A program made the translations under genes and the position numbers. The notes beneath the pieces were generated by a model that was not told the origin of the DNA, did no database searches, and was given only the letters and a program-made list of their open reading frames with translations. A DNA stretch of 64,000 nucleotides, taken from contig CBDCWP010000021.1 of the NCBI GenBank assembly GCA_965223505.1, forward strand, positions 384,001 to 448,000, read 5' to 3'. Positions within the stretch are counted from its first letter, which is position 1. Each line of letters begins with the position of its first letter. This DNA comes from Planctomycetota bacterium. GTDB lineage: Bacteria; Planctomycetota; PLA2; JAEUHO01. Below, one piece after another: positions 50,580 to 60,710 of the stretch.

Positions 50580-50866
50580 GACGACCTCCGGCTTCCACGA
50601 TAGCAGCCTGGTGCGGCGGCCCCGGAGGCGCGGCTGCGGACGGAGGCGAGGCTCGCCGCCGCCGCGGTGGGGGCGCCTCCCGCGCCGGCGGACAGGCCGT
50701 AGCCGCCCGTTAGGGCTCACGTGGAATTCAGCGGTCATCGCGAGTGGCCGCTGCCGAGAACTTCGGACAGACTCCCGTTGCCGGTGCTCCTCTCTCACCC
50801 GGAGGAGCGCCGGTGTGGACTTGTCAGTGTGGGTTTGCGGTGCGTCTCCTAGGGGGGGACACACCC

Positions 50867-51484
50867 GTGTCAGTTGAGACAATCGCCACTGCGCGGCCCC
50901 GGCCTGCGCAGAGTGGCTTCAGTTTGCTCGAGGTGCTCATCGGCGCCGTCGTGCTCGCCGTCGCGTTGCTGGGCCATCTCGCCAGCACCGGAACCGAGCA
51001 CCGTCTGGCGGAGCAGCAGCGCGTTCGCAGCCAGATGCTGCAGACGACGCGCCAGTTCATGGAGCGGCTGCGCTCCGACGAGAACTGGGACACGCTCTAC
51101 GATCGCCTGCGGACCGCGCAGTTCTCGCTGACCGTCGACGGCAAGGCCGGCACGGCGCTCGACAGCGGGAAGCTCGCGTGGCAGTTGACCGACTACTACC
51201 CGGAGATCGTCGTCCCCGAAACGCTCAGCGACATGCGAGTCCGCGTGGAGGTCCCCGCGACGCCCACGATGGTCAGTGGGGCACTCGGCATGCGGCTGCG
51301 CGAGGACGCGAGTCTCGAACAGTTCGGGCTCCCCGCGGATCTCGACGGAACCGGGACGATTACGTCCGATGTGTGCGACGACAGCTACGTCGCGCTGCCG
51401 GTGGTCGTCACGTTTCGCTGGGAGCTTCGCGGCCAAGCGGCGCGTGAGATGCGGGTCGCCACGTGGCTCAGGGGGAATCGATAG
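50867..51484 (+). CDS. Prepilin-type N-methylation domain protein (PilV-like minor pilin)
   Basis: QSG|FSLLEVLIGAVVLAVALL; probable GTG start at 50867. Confidence 0.85.
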   Translation: MSVETIATARPRPAQSGFSLLEVLIGAVVLAVALLGHLASTGTEHRLAEQQRVRSQMLQTTRQFMERLRSDENWDTLYDRLRTAQFSLTVDGKAGTALDSGKLAWQLTDYYPEIVVPETLSDMRVRVEVPATPTMVSGALGMRLREDASLEQFGLPADLDGTGTITSDVCDDSYVALPVVVTFRWELRGQAAREMRVATWLRGNR

Positions 51485-52069
51485 ATGTCCAAGTCCACTG
51501 CTTCACAGCGCGGCTTCACGTACCTCGAAGTGCTGATCGTCATGGTGATCGCGGGAACGGCGCTCGCCGGTCTCGGCAAGTCCCTCACGACCGCTCAGGA
51601 TCTCTCGAGCGAGACGCACCTTCTGGGGCAGGCGCATGCCGAGCATCGCAGGAATTTCGAGGCGATCGGCAACGCGTTGCGCTCCGTCGACATCAACACC
51701 CTCACCGGTTTCGTCGACAAGACGGTGGACGGCGACGTGATCAGCGTCGCCGCCAACCCGACGTTCGCCCGCGTCATCGGCACGCAGGACGACGCTCGTG
51801 TCTACAGCGACACCGAAGAACTTCGCTGGGAGAGCGTTCCCACGGTCATCGACGGCATCGCGAACCCCGGCCAAGTGAGCTTGGTCACGCTCAACAACGA
51901 CGGAACCGTCAAGAGCAAGGTCATGATCGGCAAGAACGTACCGTCCGGCGGTTTCCTGCTGCGCCAGGAAGGGCGCACGCTCGTCATCGCACTCACCACC
52001 TACTACGTCCTTCCCGGCCGCGAGCCGTATGTCGTGAGCAGCGAAAGCGCTGTGTCGCTGAGGAACTAG
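51485..52069 (+). CDS. Prepilin-type N-methylation domain protein (PilW-like minor pilin)
   Basis: QRG|FTYLEVLIVMVI; ends V.LRN. Confidence 0.85.
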   Translation: MSKSTASQRGFTYLEVLIVMVIAGTALAGLGKSLTTAQDLSSETHLLGQAHAEHRRNFEAIGNALRSVDINTLTGFVDKTVDGDVISVAANPTFARVIGTQDDARVYSDTEELRWESVPTVIDGIANPGQVSLVTLNNDGTVKSKVMIGKNVPSGGFLLRQEGRTLVIALTTYYVLPGREPYVVSSESAVSLRN

Positions 52070-52071
52070 TC

Positions 52072-53316
52072 ATGGACACCAAATCGAAGAGCCGCCGGAC
52101 CACCGAGTCGGGGATGATGATCGTGGTCGTCGCGTTCGTCGTCGTCTTGATGGCGGGCCTTTCCCTCGGCTTCTTGACCACGGGCCTTTCCGAGCGGCAG
52201 TCCGTCATCCACCACGAAACCAGCATGGAGGCCCTCGAGATCACGGAGATGGGTCTCGTGAAAGCCGAGTCGATGATCCGCGGACAGACCGCCAAGGACA
52301 GCGACTCGATCAGCGGCGCGTACGCCGACGGGACGTTCGAGGTGGGGATGGAGCACGACCCCGACCGGCCCCGTCGCTGGGTGCTGACCGGCGAGGCCTC
52401 GAAGGGGCACAGCCAGCGTCGCGTCGAGGTGGAGCTGCGCATCTTCTTCGACGGGCTGTTCAACCACGGCATGTTCGGGAAGCGCTCGCTGGACATCCGC
52501 TCGACCTCGACGACCGACTCCTACGACAGCCGTCTGGGTACCTATGCCTCGCAGGCCGTCAATGTCGACGCATACGGCGTGCACGCGGACGGCGATGCGC
52601 ACGTCGGCAGCAACGGGAGCGTCACGCTGAGCGGTACGGGAATCGTGCGCGGTGACGCCATCCCGGGTCCGCTGAGCACGACGACGGTGAACGGTACTTC
52701 CTCGGTCGATGGGGATCAGATCCCCCTGCAAGACGAGCTGGACGTCCCCGACATCCGCTACGCCGTGTTCGCCGACGCGCTGGCGAACAACAACAACGCG
52801 TCCATCGACGGCACGCTGCCCGGCGTGACCTACAACGCCGCAACCTACAAGCTCAGCGTGAAGGCCGGCGCGACCCTCGTGCTCGACCCGGGGACGTACT
52901 TCTTCACCGATCTCGTCCTCACGGGCGGTTCCAACATCGTTCTGACCGGCCCGGTCAAGTTCTACGTGACGGGACGCTTCAACCTGGGCGGCGGTTCCAT
53001 CCTCAATAGCAGCATGCGGGCCAAGGACCTTCAGGTGTACGCGCACCCGTATGCGTTGCCCGCGGGCCACGCACCGGGCACCCACCAGCTGATCGTGAAC
53101 GGCCAGTCCGCCACGGCGATGGCCGTGTACGCGCCCGAGCGCGACGTGCTGATCGACGGCGGCGCGCCGTTCTTCGGCGCCGTGGTCGGCCGCGACGTCG
53201 TCATCCAGGGTGATTCGCAATTCCACTACGACCGGGAGCTGGGCGACATCTTCGGCGAGAGCACGGCGACCGTCGAGCGCCTCTACTGGCGCGAGCTCTC
53301 GGTACCTGCACGGTAG
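52072..53316 (+). CDS. PilX-like minor pilin with C-terminal beta-solenoid domain
   Basis: ESG|MMIVVVAFVVV (no E5, as in PilX); TDSYDS, GSNG, VYAP and FHYD motifs. Confidence 0.8.
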   Translation: MDTKSKSRRTTESGMMIVVVAFVVVLMAGLSLGFLTTGLSERQSVIHHETSMEALEITEMGLVKAESMIRGQTAKDSDSISGAYADGTFEVGMEHDPDRPRRWVLTGEASKGHSQRRVEVELRIFFDGLFNHGMFGKRSLDIRSTSTTDSYDSRLGTYASQAVNVDAYGVHADGDAHVGSNGSVTLSGTGIVRGDAIPGPLSTTTVNGTSSVDGDQIPLQDELDVPDIRYAVFADALANNNNASIDGTLPGVTYNAATYKLSVKAGATLVLDPGTYFFTDLVLTGGSNIVLTGPVKFYVTGRFNLGGGSILNSSMRAKDLQVYAHPYALPAGHAPGTHQLIVNGQSATAMAVYAPERDVLIDGGAPFFGAVVGRDVVIQGDSQFHYDRELGDIFGESTATVERLYWRELSVPAR

Positions 53317-53318
53317 AC

Positions 53319-54200
53319 GTGCGCGCGTTCGCCCGCCTCCTTCTGGTCATGCTCGCCGCGGCGCCCTCCTGGGCTTCGCCGGTGTCGGCGAAACCGCTTG
53401 CTACGGCCGAGGTGCGCACGGCACTGGCGAAGGCGTACCGCCAGGGCCCCGACGCCATGGTCGCGCTCTGCGCCGAGCTCGGCCGTGCCGGCGGCGTAGC
53501 GGCCGTCGAGGGTCTGGTCGAGCTGCACGACCATCGCTCGGGCCGTGAGTACGAGAAGGCCCGCATCGCGGCGCTCGAAGCGCTGGCGCAGATCGGACTT
53601 CGAAGCGAACGCGCCCACAAGCGTCTCGCCGAGTCGCTTGCCGGCTCCACGAGCGAGCGCCTGGCGGCGATCACCGCGCTGGGCCGGCTCGGCGACGGCC
53701 GCGACATGCGTACGCTGCTCACCTTCGCTCGCGACGAAAGCCGGGAGATCAAGCTCGCGGCGTTTCGTTCTCTCAAGACCCTCACGGGCGCCTCGGTTCC
53801 GTTCGTCTACGCCAGGTGGACACACTGGTGGCGTACGACGAAGAGGAGCGGCATGGGCCCGCTCTACGCCGCACTCGACGCGCTCGAAGAGGACCCGAAA
53901 GACGAAGAGCACTGGCAGAAGCACGTCACCACGATCGCCGAGAACGGTTGGATCGACCTCGCCGAGGTCGAGATGGCCATCGAGGAATGGCTGGCCGGCT
54001 CCGACGCGCTGCTACAAGCCGCCGCCAGTCACCTGGCCGGCAAGTTCCGTCTCCTCGACTACGGGCCGCGCATCGCCAAGATCCGCGTGCACGGCTTCGA
54101 TCCGCCTCGGCTCGAGGACGAGATCCGGAAGGCGCTGAAGGACCTCGGCATGACAGCGGCGCTCGACGCGCGCGTCGCCGCCGAGAAGCTCCCGAAGTAG
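53319..54200 (+). CDS. Secreted HEAT-repeat protein
   Basis: Signal peptide ending SWA; RIAALEALAQIG, RLAAITALGRLGD and LKTLTG. Confidence 0.8.
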   Translation: MRAFARLLLVMLAAAPSWASPVSAKPLATAEVRTALAKAYRQGPDAMVALCAELGRAGGVAAVEGLVELHDHRSGREYEKARIAALEALAQIGLRSERAHKRLAESLAGSTSERLAAITALGRLGDGRDMRTLLTFARDESREIKLAAFRSLKTLTGASVPFVYARWTHWWRTTKRSGMGPLYAALDALEEDPKDEEHWQKHVTTIAENGWIDLAEVEMAIEEWLAGSDALLQAAASHLAGKFRLLDYGPRIAKIRVHGFDPPRLEDEIRKALKDLGMTAALDARVAAEKLPK

Positions 54201-54206
54201 CGCGTC

Positions 54207-55157
54207 TCAATCCCAGAGCGACGCGAGCGAGTACGGCGATCCTTCCGGCGCCCAGAAGCTGCCGTCGATGTAGCGGTGGCCGGCGTCGAGCGCCAAGATC
54301 TGCGTCATGTCGTCTTCGTCGAGCTCGAGCGACGCCGCGGCGAGGTTCTGCGCCATGCGCTCTTTGTTGACCGACTTGGGGATCACGCTCGTTCCGCGGC
54401 AAACGGCCCACGCGAGCAGCACCTGTGCGTGGGTGACGCCGTGTCGCGCCGCCACCTCGCCGATGACCGGGTGCGTCAGCAGATCGGGGTCGTCTGCCTT
54501 GCGCAGCACCTCGGGCCGGTCCGGGGAGCCGAGCGGCGAGTAGGCCGTGACGTGGACACCGCGCTCGGCGCAGCGGGCGAGCAGGTCCTCTTGCGCCAGG
54601 TAGGGGTGCAGCTCGACCTGGTTGACGGCGACGGGAACCTCGGCTTGGTCGGCGAGCGCTTCGACCTTCTTCGCGCTGAAGTTCGAGACGCCCAGGTGCC
54701 GCACCAGTCCGCCCTTCTTGCACGCCTCCATCGCACGCCAGGTCTCCAGCAACGGAACCTCGTCGAGGCTCACGAGATCGGCCGCCGACTCGGGAAAGAA
54801 CACGCCCGGCTTCAACGCGACCGGCCAGTGCATCAGGTAGAGGTCGAGCTCGTCGAGCTTCAGATCCCCGAGCGTCTTCTCGAGCGCGGGACGCACGTCG
54901 CTCTCGCGGTGCGCGTCGTTCCAGAGCTTGGAGGTGATGAACAAGTCCTCGCGTGTGACGTCGCCGTCCTCGATGGCCGCGCGAATCGCCTCGCCGATCT
55001 CGGCTTCGTTGGCGTACGCCGCGGCGCAGTCGAAGTGCCGGTAGCCGAGGCGAATCGCCGTTCGGATGACGGGTGCGACCTCGCCGGGGTCCGACTTCCA
55101 GGTGCCGAGGCCCAGGGCGGGAATGGTGCCACCGTCCGACAGGTCATGGTGCTTCAC
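54207..55157 (-). CDS. Aldo/keto reductase
   Basis: LGLGTW, GYRHFDCAAAYANE, FITSKLW, DLYLMHWP, GVSNFS, NQVELHPYL and IPKS; GTG start at 55157 after GAGGAG. Confidence 0.95.
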   Translation of the reverse strand: MKHHDLSDGGTIPALGLGTWKSDPGEVAPVIRTAIRLGYRHFDCAAAYANEAEIGEAIRAAIEDGDVTREDLFITSKLWNDAHRESDVRPALEKTLGDLKLDELDLYLMHWPVALKPGVFFPESAADLVSLDEVPLLETWRAMEACKKGGLVRHLGVSNFSAKKVEALADQAEVPVAVNQVELHPYLAQEDLLARCAERGVHVTAYSPLGSPDRPEVLRKADDPDLLTHPVIGEVAARHGVTHAQVLLAWAVCRGTSVIPKSVNKERMAQNLAAASLELDEDDMTQILALDAGHRYIDGSFWAPEGSPYSLASLWD

Positions 55158-55278
55158 GGGAGCTCTCCTCTCGCCCGCGTTGTACTCCGGAACCGAGCGT
55201 CGAATGAAGTCCTTGCCACGACGAAGGAACACGACGCGTTCCACGCGCGTCTCCTGGTTTCGCGAATGGAGGTGCGCC

Positions 55279-55530
55279 ATGTCCAGACGAAACAGCCCCG
55301 ACGATCTCCCGTCCTTTCGATCGGACGAGCAAGCGTAGAAGGGGGTTCCCTTCCGAGACCCGCGTCGGCCGCGGCGTGCGCGTGGTGCACGGCAACAAGG
55401 AGCTTCTCGAGAAGCTCGGCCGCAACGACCTGTGTCCGTGCGGCTCCGGTCGGCGCTTTCAAGCGCTGCTGCCTTCGTAGCGGCCGCTTTCGACGGCTCG
55501 CAGCGGAACGACTACTTCCGCGACGAGTGA
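55279..55530 (+). CDS. SEC-C (SecA-type zinc-knuckle) protein encoded across three +1 frameshifts
   Basis: GGAGGT RBS and ATG 55279. Shifting at TTT-C 55315, 55457 and 55488 gives [82 protein letters not shown] (82 aa). Confidence 0.75.
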
Positions 55531-55596
55531 ACCTGCGCTCCACGGGCTCCGGCCCGTGGAGCATGTCTTCGGAACGGCGATCGCTCGAGTCTGCCG

Positions 55597-56670
55597 CTAT
55601 TTGTCCGTGATCGCCTGAATCTCGGACAATAGCGCGTCCGCGACGATGCGGTTCCCGAGCTCGTTCCAGTGCGGGTCCCGGTCGAACTGCGTCGGTTCGG
55701 ACGATGCCAACTTGGGACGCTCGAAGTACGGAACGAGATCGATGAACGGGATGCCGAGCGTCTCGCACGCCTGCGCCGCACGCTGTCCGCCGTACGGTGC
55801 CGCGATCCAGAGCGGCAGCGAGTGCTCGCCGCAAAGATCGCGCAGTCGTTCATAGACGAACTCGAGGGCGACTTGCTCGTCGTCCTCGAAGCGGGCCGGT
55901 AGCGCAGGCGCAGCTCCGGACGCCGGCACCACTGCCGGCTGATCGGTCCGACGTGCCGCACTGACGTAGAAGTGCAGGTAGTTGTAGACCATCGAGTTGT
56001 TGACCAGCCAGCCCTCGATCGTGCGTCCGAACTGCTGCTCGACTTGCTCGTTCTCGATGCGTGCCCGGCCGTTCTCGACGACGACGTACGGCCGCGTGCG
56101 CCGAACATCGACGTTCTCCCCTGCGTCGTTGTGGCAGAACATCAGGAGCACCGCATCCGGCCGTTCGCCGCGATCGAGGCGCTCGCGCAAGAGCAAGTAC
56201 TCCTGCAGCGAGGAGTACCCGGGCGCACCCAGGTTGCGGTACACCCGGCCGTCCGAACCCAGATTCATGTGATCGACCCAGGTTCGACCGTCCCGTACAC
56301 CCCAGCCCCACGTCAGCGAGTCGCCGAGGCACCACACCACGTCGACCGTGGACGTGGCATCCTCGGCGATGCGCGACCCGATGTTGCAGCGGCGAAAGCC
56401 GTCTTCGTCGTGCGTGATCTCCACGTCGAACTCCGTCGTGGTGAATCGGGCATCGGCATCGGGACGTCCGACCCAGCCGATACGGGGATGGAACTCGAAG
56501 TAGGCGACGAGCACCGTGGGGGTGCGCGGTGCGACGCCGGCGATGCGCAGGCCGACCTCCGCGAGCAACACGACGAACAGGAGCGAGCCGAGAAGCAACC
56601 CAACCCGTGCCGCGACGTATCGAACGCGTGACAGGAGCCCCTTCTTCGGTATCGGCTCCGACGCGTTCAT
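55597..56670 (-). CDS. SGNH/GDSL hydrolase family protein, membrane-anchored
   Basis: LGDSLTWG, NLGAPGYS, HND and DPHWNELG. Confidence 0.9.
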   Translation of the reverse strand: MNASEPIPKKGLLSRVRYVAARVGLLLGSLLFVVLLAEVGLRIAGVAPRTPTVLVAYFEFHPRIGWVGRPDADARFTTTEFDVEITHDEDGFRRCNIGSRIAEDATSTVDVVWCLGDSLTWGWGVRDGRTWVDHMNLGSDGRVYRNLGAPGYSSLQEYLLLRERLDRGERPDAVLLMFCHNDAGENVDVRRTRPYVVVENGRARIENEQVEQQFGRTIEGWLVNNSMVYNYLHFYVSAARRTDQPAVVPASGAAPALPARFEDDEQVALEFVYERLRDLCGEHSLPLWIAAPYGGQRAAQACETLGIPFIDLVPYFERPKLASSEPTQFDRDPHWNELGNRIVADALLSEIQAITDK

Positions 56671-56806
56671 TCACCCTCCGTGCGTTTCCGGGACTCTACC
56701 GCCGAGGACTGAGAATCCGCTGTTCGTGCCGGGCTCGTCGGCACGTTGGCCGTCTTGCGAGGCCCGGGCTGTTTGTTCGGCGGTCCGCCGACCGTAAGGT
56801 GTCGCG

Positions 56807-57217
56807 ATGCAGCTGGATCTCACCGACGTCGACGGCGGCGACGACTTCGACGCCGTGCAGAACGGCCTGCAGGCGTTCAACGACGCGGTCGCCTCCGACC
56901 CGCAGGTGTGCCCGTTGAACGTCTATGCGCGTGAAGGCGACGTGCTGGTCGGCGGCCTCTGCGGCCGGACGGTTTGGAACTGGCTCTTCGTCGGACAGGT
57001 CTGGGTCGAGGAGGCGCGCCGGCGGTCCGGCATCGGTCGCCGGCTCATGGATGCTGCGGAGGCGGCGGCGAAGGGACGCGGCTGCAACCACGCGTTCCTG
57101 GACACCATCAGCCTGCAAGCGCCGGGTTTCTACGCGAAGCTGGGCTACCGCGTCATCGGCACGCTCGAGGACTTTCCCCCCGGCGAGCGCAAGTTCTTCA
57201 TGACGAAGGAGTTGTAG
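56807..57217 (+). CDS. GNAT acetyltransferase
   Basis: WVEEARRRSGIGRRLM and QAPGFYAKLGY. Confidence 0.92.
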   Translation: MQLDLTDVDGGDDFDAVQNGLQAFNDAVASDPQVCPLNVYAREGDVLVGGLCGRTVWNWLFVGQVWVEEARRRSGIGRRLMDAAEAAAKGRGCNHAFLDTISLQAPGFYAKLGYRVIGTLEDFPPGERKFFMTKEL

Positions 57218-57308
57218 GCGACTGTCATCCGCACCTACACGGGTGTCGGACGCGATGACAGGGGCGCCATGCGGTTCGCGGCCGCTCGATCCGACGTAGG
57301 CTGGCCGC

Positions 57309-58067
57309 ATGGCCGCCAACGCATTCATGCCCAAGCTCGCGATCGCGTTGCTCGGGTGCCTCGTTCTCATCGGAGTCGTCATGGGCGATACCCACGTTCC
57401 CGTCGCCATCGAACCCGACGCCAAGCTGCCGGAGGGTGTCGAGGTCGCGACCTTCGCGCTCGGGTGATTCTGGGGCCCCGACACCCGGTTCGGGAGTCGC
57501 CCTGGTGTTCTTCGCACGCGCGTCGGCTATGCCGGCGGAACGAAGGACAAGCCGACGTACCGCAACCTCGGGGATCACACCGAGGCCATTCAGATCGAGT
57601 TCGATCCGAAGAAGATCAAGTACGAGGAGCTGCTCGACATCTTCTGGTCGTCGCACGATCCCTTCGGGCGCTCGTGGTCGACGCAGTACAAAGCCGTGCT
57701 CTGGACCCACGACGAGGCGCAGGAGAAGGCCGCCAAGAATTCCATCGAGGCGCTCGCCAAGAAACACCAGGGGCGCCAGCCGACCACCGAGGTCGCCAAG
57801 GCCACCAAGTTCTGGATCGCCGAGGACTACCATCAGAAATACTCGCTGCGCCGTCACAAGGCGCTCATCGATGCGTTGCTCGACGGCGACGTCACCGAGG
57901 AGAAGATCCGCGAGAGCACAGTGACTACGCGTGCGAACGGTTGGGTCGCCGGCCACGGCACGAAGGCCGAGATCGAGGCCGAAGCCAAGGCGCTCGGCCT
58001 GAGCGAGAAGGCGCTCGAGGCGCTGCGCCGCGTGCTCGGGGAGCGAATGCCCGTCGGCTGCGGGTAG
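57309..58067 (+). CDS. msrA: Peptide-methionine (S)-S-oxide reductase, selenocysteine form, with signal peptide
   Basis: ATFALG-[TGA 57465-57467]-FWG replaces GCFWG, followed in frame by TRVGYAGG, HTEAIQIEFDP, QY and FWIAEDYHQKY. Start is 57309 or 57327. Confidence 0.93.
57479..57499 (+). promoter_or_regulatory. Candidate bacterial SECIS hairpin of msrA
   Basis: GAC-A-CCCG-GTT-CGGG-A-GTC stem-loop with G/GU in the apical loop about 20 nt after the UGA. Confidence 0.6.
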
Positions 58068-58072
58068 CGAGC

Positions 58073-58608
58073 CTAGTGGCGCCGCATCGCGGCGCGCTGC
58101 ACCGAGCCGAGCTCGTAGCTCGCCACGCGCGGCACCTTGCCGTTGCCGCCCGAGAGGTGCACGGGCTTCGCGCCGAAGGTCGTCAGCGTCACGATCATCT
58201 GATGGCCGGCGCGTGCGTAGGTCGACTCGATTACGGTGTCGCCGATCCAGAACCGGCTGTGCAGCGTGTCGTTCTCGAAGAACGCGGCGATGAGGATGCC
58301 GTTCTTCTCGTCGATCTGATAGTGGTTCATCTCTTCCCGGACGGGGATCAGCTCGTACGGCCGCGTCTGCTGCTTCTCGCCTTCGCCGTAGAGGATCTTC
58401 CAGCTCCAGCCCTTGCCTTCCTTCAGCGGCGCGATGTGGAGCTCCATCGGGAACTCCAGGACGGTCTTGTTGTTCCGGATGATCTTGGAAGGCCCTTTCC
58501 AGACGCCTTCCCACGACGCTGGGAAGACCTTCTGCTTGAGAACGTCCTCCTCGGCACGCAGCGATGAGGGGACAACGAGGAAGAGGGCGATGATGACGAA
58601 GATGCGCA
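58073..58608 (-). CDS. Secreted hypothetical protein
   Basis: Signal peptide MRIFVIIALFLVVPSSLRA; FPASWEGVWKG, RPYEL and IDEKNGI. Confidence 0.75.
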
Positions 58609-58651
58609 TGGCTCTAGGGTGGCAGATGGAGCCCACGCCTGCCAGGCTGCG

Positions 58652-59488
58652 TTACCCGGCGTCTTGCTCGAGGAACGGTGTGCGCTCTTTCTGCGCCATC
58701 AGGATGAGCGTGCGGCCCCAGAGCACGGGGCGGGACAGCATGTTCCGTCCGATCTCACGCAGTGTGCGCTCGATCCGCTCGACGTCCGCCGCGTTCTTCT
58801 TGCGCGCCTTCTTCACCGCGAACCACTCCGAGCGCCGCTGCGAGAGCCAAAGCAGGGGATAGAGCGGCACGGACATGATCGCCGAGCTGAGCGAGTACTT
58901 GGCCGGAAGCGGCGGTGCGACGTCGAATCCAGCCAGCCGCAGCGCGTAGCGAAGCACCGGGTACCGCCAGTGCCACGCGTGGCCGTGGTACAGATCGTCG
59001 CCGTCTCGGCCGAGCAGTGTCGTGTACTCGTTGACGTACCCGCGCCGCGCCGTGCGGTGACCGGTTCGGAAGTACGACCAGCGCGCGCTGAGGTGCAGGA
59101 CGTTCGGTGTCGTGATCAGGAGCTTGCCGCCGACCTCGAGGACGCGCGCGCATTCCCGTAGAAACGCGAGCGGCGCCTCGATGTGCTCGATGCCCTCCTG
59201 GCACAGCATGTAGTCGAACGTCGCGTCGCCGAACGGCAGCGGCTTGGCCATGTCGGCCTTGACGCAATCGATTTGGCAGTGGTCCGGGAGAAGGTCGGCC
59301 GCGGTGACGTCGAATCCGATCTCGCGCAGCGCCAGCGCCGTGTTGCCGAAGCCCGCCGGGAGATCGAGCAGCCGGCCGCGGCCGGTCTCGGCCGCGAGAA
59401 CACGTACGACGTCGCCCGTCGCCTGTGCAGGACGCCGGAAGCGGCGCTGGGACTCGTCCGTCCCGGTGACCCGCTGTGTCTTCGTCAC
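58652..59488 (-). CDS. Class I SAM-dependent methyltransferase
   Basis: LLDLPAGFG, LPFGDATFD, EGIEHI and GGKLLITTPN. Confidence 0.92.
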   Translation of the reverse strand: MTKTQRVTGTDESQRRFRRPAQATGDVVRVLAAETGRGRLLDLPAGFGNTALALREIGFDVTAADLLPDHCQIDCVKADMAKPLPFGDATFDYMLCQEGIEHIEAPLAFLRECARVLEVGGKLLITTPNVLHLSARWSYFRTGHRTARRGYVNEYTTLLGRDGDDLYHGHAWHWRYPVLRYALRLAGFDVAPPLPAKYSLSSAIMSVPLYPLLWLSQRRSEWFAVKKARKKNAADVERIERTLREIGRNMLSRPVLWGRTLILMAQKERTPFLEQDAG

Positions 59489-59529
59489 GACCGCCCTCCT
59501 GCGGTGGACGGTTGTACCGCGCCCTGGAC

Positions 59530-60639
59530 CTAGAACGGGCGCTTCGTTAGTCCGATCTTGTAGTTCCCGGTCTTCGACTTGTAGTAGTGGCGCACGCGGG
59601 CGTAGTACGTCCCCGGCATCAGCAGCTCTTCGATCTTGGGGTTGTAGCCGTATCCACTGTCGTCGTCCTCGGCGATGCGCCGCGTCTGGGAGTCCGGACC
59701 GAGCAGGATCATCACGACGTCCGTGACGCCGCTCGTCGAGATGCGATAGCGCCCCGCCTCTTCGATCTCGAACTTGAAGAGATCCTCTTCACCGCGCTTG
59801 CCGATCCGGGCCTCGATCCGGGGCGCCCCGACGACGAGGTCGACCGGGCGCTCGGCGCGCCCGGGGTACATCGTCTTGATGAACGACTTGTCGTTGGCCG
59901 AGAGGACCCGGTTCCAGCCCACCGCGTAGTTGCCCACGGTGAGCGCCTGCGGGACCGCGTACAGCATGATCGACTTCTTGTCGAACTTCGAGAAGCTCGT
60001 GTGCGACTTGCTGTACCGGAAGAACACCTGGTCATCCACCTCGTCCTTCGTCCAGCCGTCCTTCTCCTTGTAGTAGGCGTAGACCTTCGGCTTGTCCCAC
60101 GGGATCCCGTGCTCGGGGTGAGAGTGCTCGTGAATGCACCCGAGCGCGTGGCCGAACTCGTGCAGCACGACGCGGCTGTACTCGGCGGCGGACGTGTTGT
60201 CGTAGAGCCAGCCGTAGTTCATCGTCGCCTTGTTCTTGTTGATCGAGAGGGCGTCCGTCCCGAGATACGACCAGGATCCGTCGTCGCGGTCGAAGGCGAT
60301 GCGGATCTCGGCGTTCGACGACTGCTTGAAGACCAGATCGACGTTGGCGAACTCCATCCACTTGCGGGCGTACTTCTCGATCTTCTTGCGCACCGTCGAC
60401 GAGCCGCCCTTGAAGCTCACGGTGAGCTTGCGCCCCGGCGCCCAGCGCTTGCCCGTGACCAAAGCCATGCGTGCGCGCTCGTTCGACGGCGGCGCTCCCA
60501 TGGCCGGGCGCGGCGACCGGCCGAGCGACGGGACGTTTGCGGGATTCTCGCTCAACGCCCGACTGGCGGCCGTCATCTGCTTCGCCATCGGAAGCACTTT
60601 CTCACGACAGAGCTTGATGTGTTTGCGGCGCACGGCCAT
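59530..60639 (-). CDS. M12A (astacin-like) zinc metallopeptidase with C-terminal PPC-type domain
   Basis: HEFGHALGCIHEH, Met-turn SIMLY and EDDDSG...PGTYY; GAGGGG RBS. Confidence 0.9.
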   Translation of the reverse strand: MAVRRKHIKLCREKVLPMAKQMTAASRALSENPANVPSLGRSPRPAMGAPPSNERARMALVTGKRWAPGRKLTVSFKGGSSTVRKKIEKYARKWMEFANVDLVFKQSSNAEIRIAFDRDDGSWSYLGTDALSINKNKATMNYGWLYDNTSAAEYSRVVLHEFGHALGCIHEHSHPEHGIPWDKPKVYAYYKEKDGWTKDEVDDQVFFRYSKSHTSFSKFDKKSIMLYAVPQALTVGNYAVGWNRVLSANDKSFIKTMYPGRAERPVDLVVGAPRIEARIGKRGEEDLFKFEIEEAGRYRISTSGVTDVVMILLGPDSQTRRIAEDDDSGYGYNPKIEELLMPGTYYARVRHYYKSKTGNYKIGLTKRPF

Positions 60640-60690
60640 GGCGTCCCCCTCTCGTCAATCACTCACATCAGTAGGCTGAAACGCTAGCAA

Positions 60691-60710
60691 GTTGTTTCCG
60701 CCGTAACAAC
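60691..60710. promoter_or_regulatory. Inverted repeat between divergent peptidase genes
   Basis: GTTGTT-N8-AACAAC, with a TTGACA hexamer at 60723-60728. Confidence 0.35.

Noticed and set aside
57269..58567. 432-aa and other overlapping ORFs over msrA
   Set aside because: They are Arg/Ala-rich off-frame translations. The MsrA frame with UGA readthrough explains the region.
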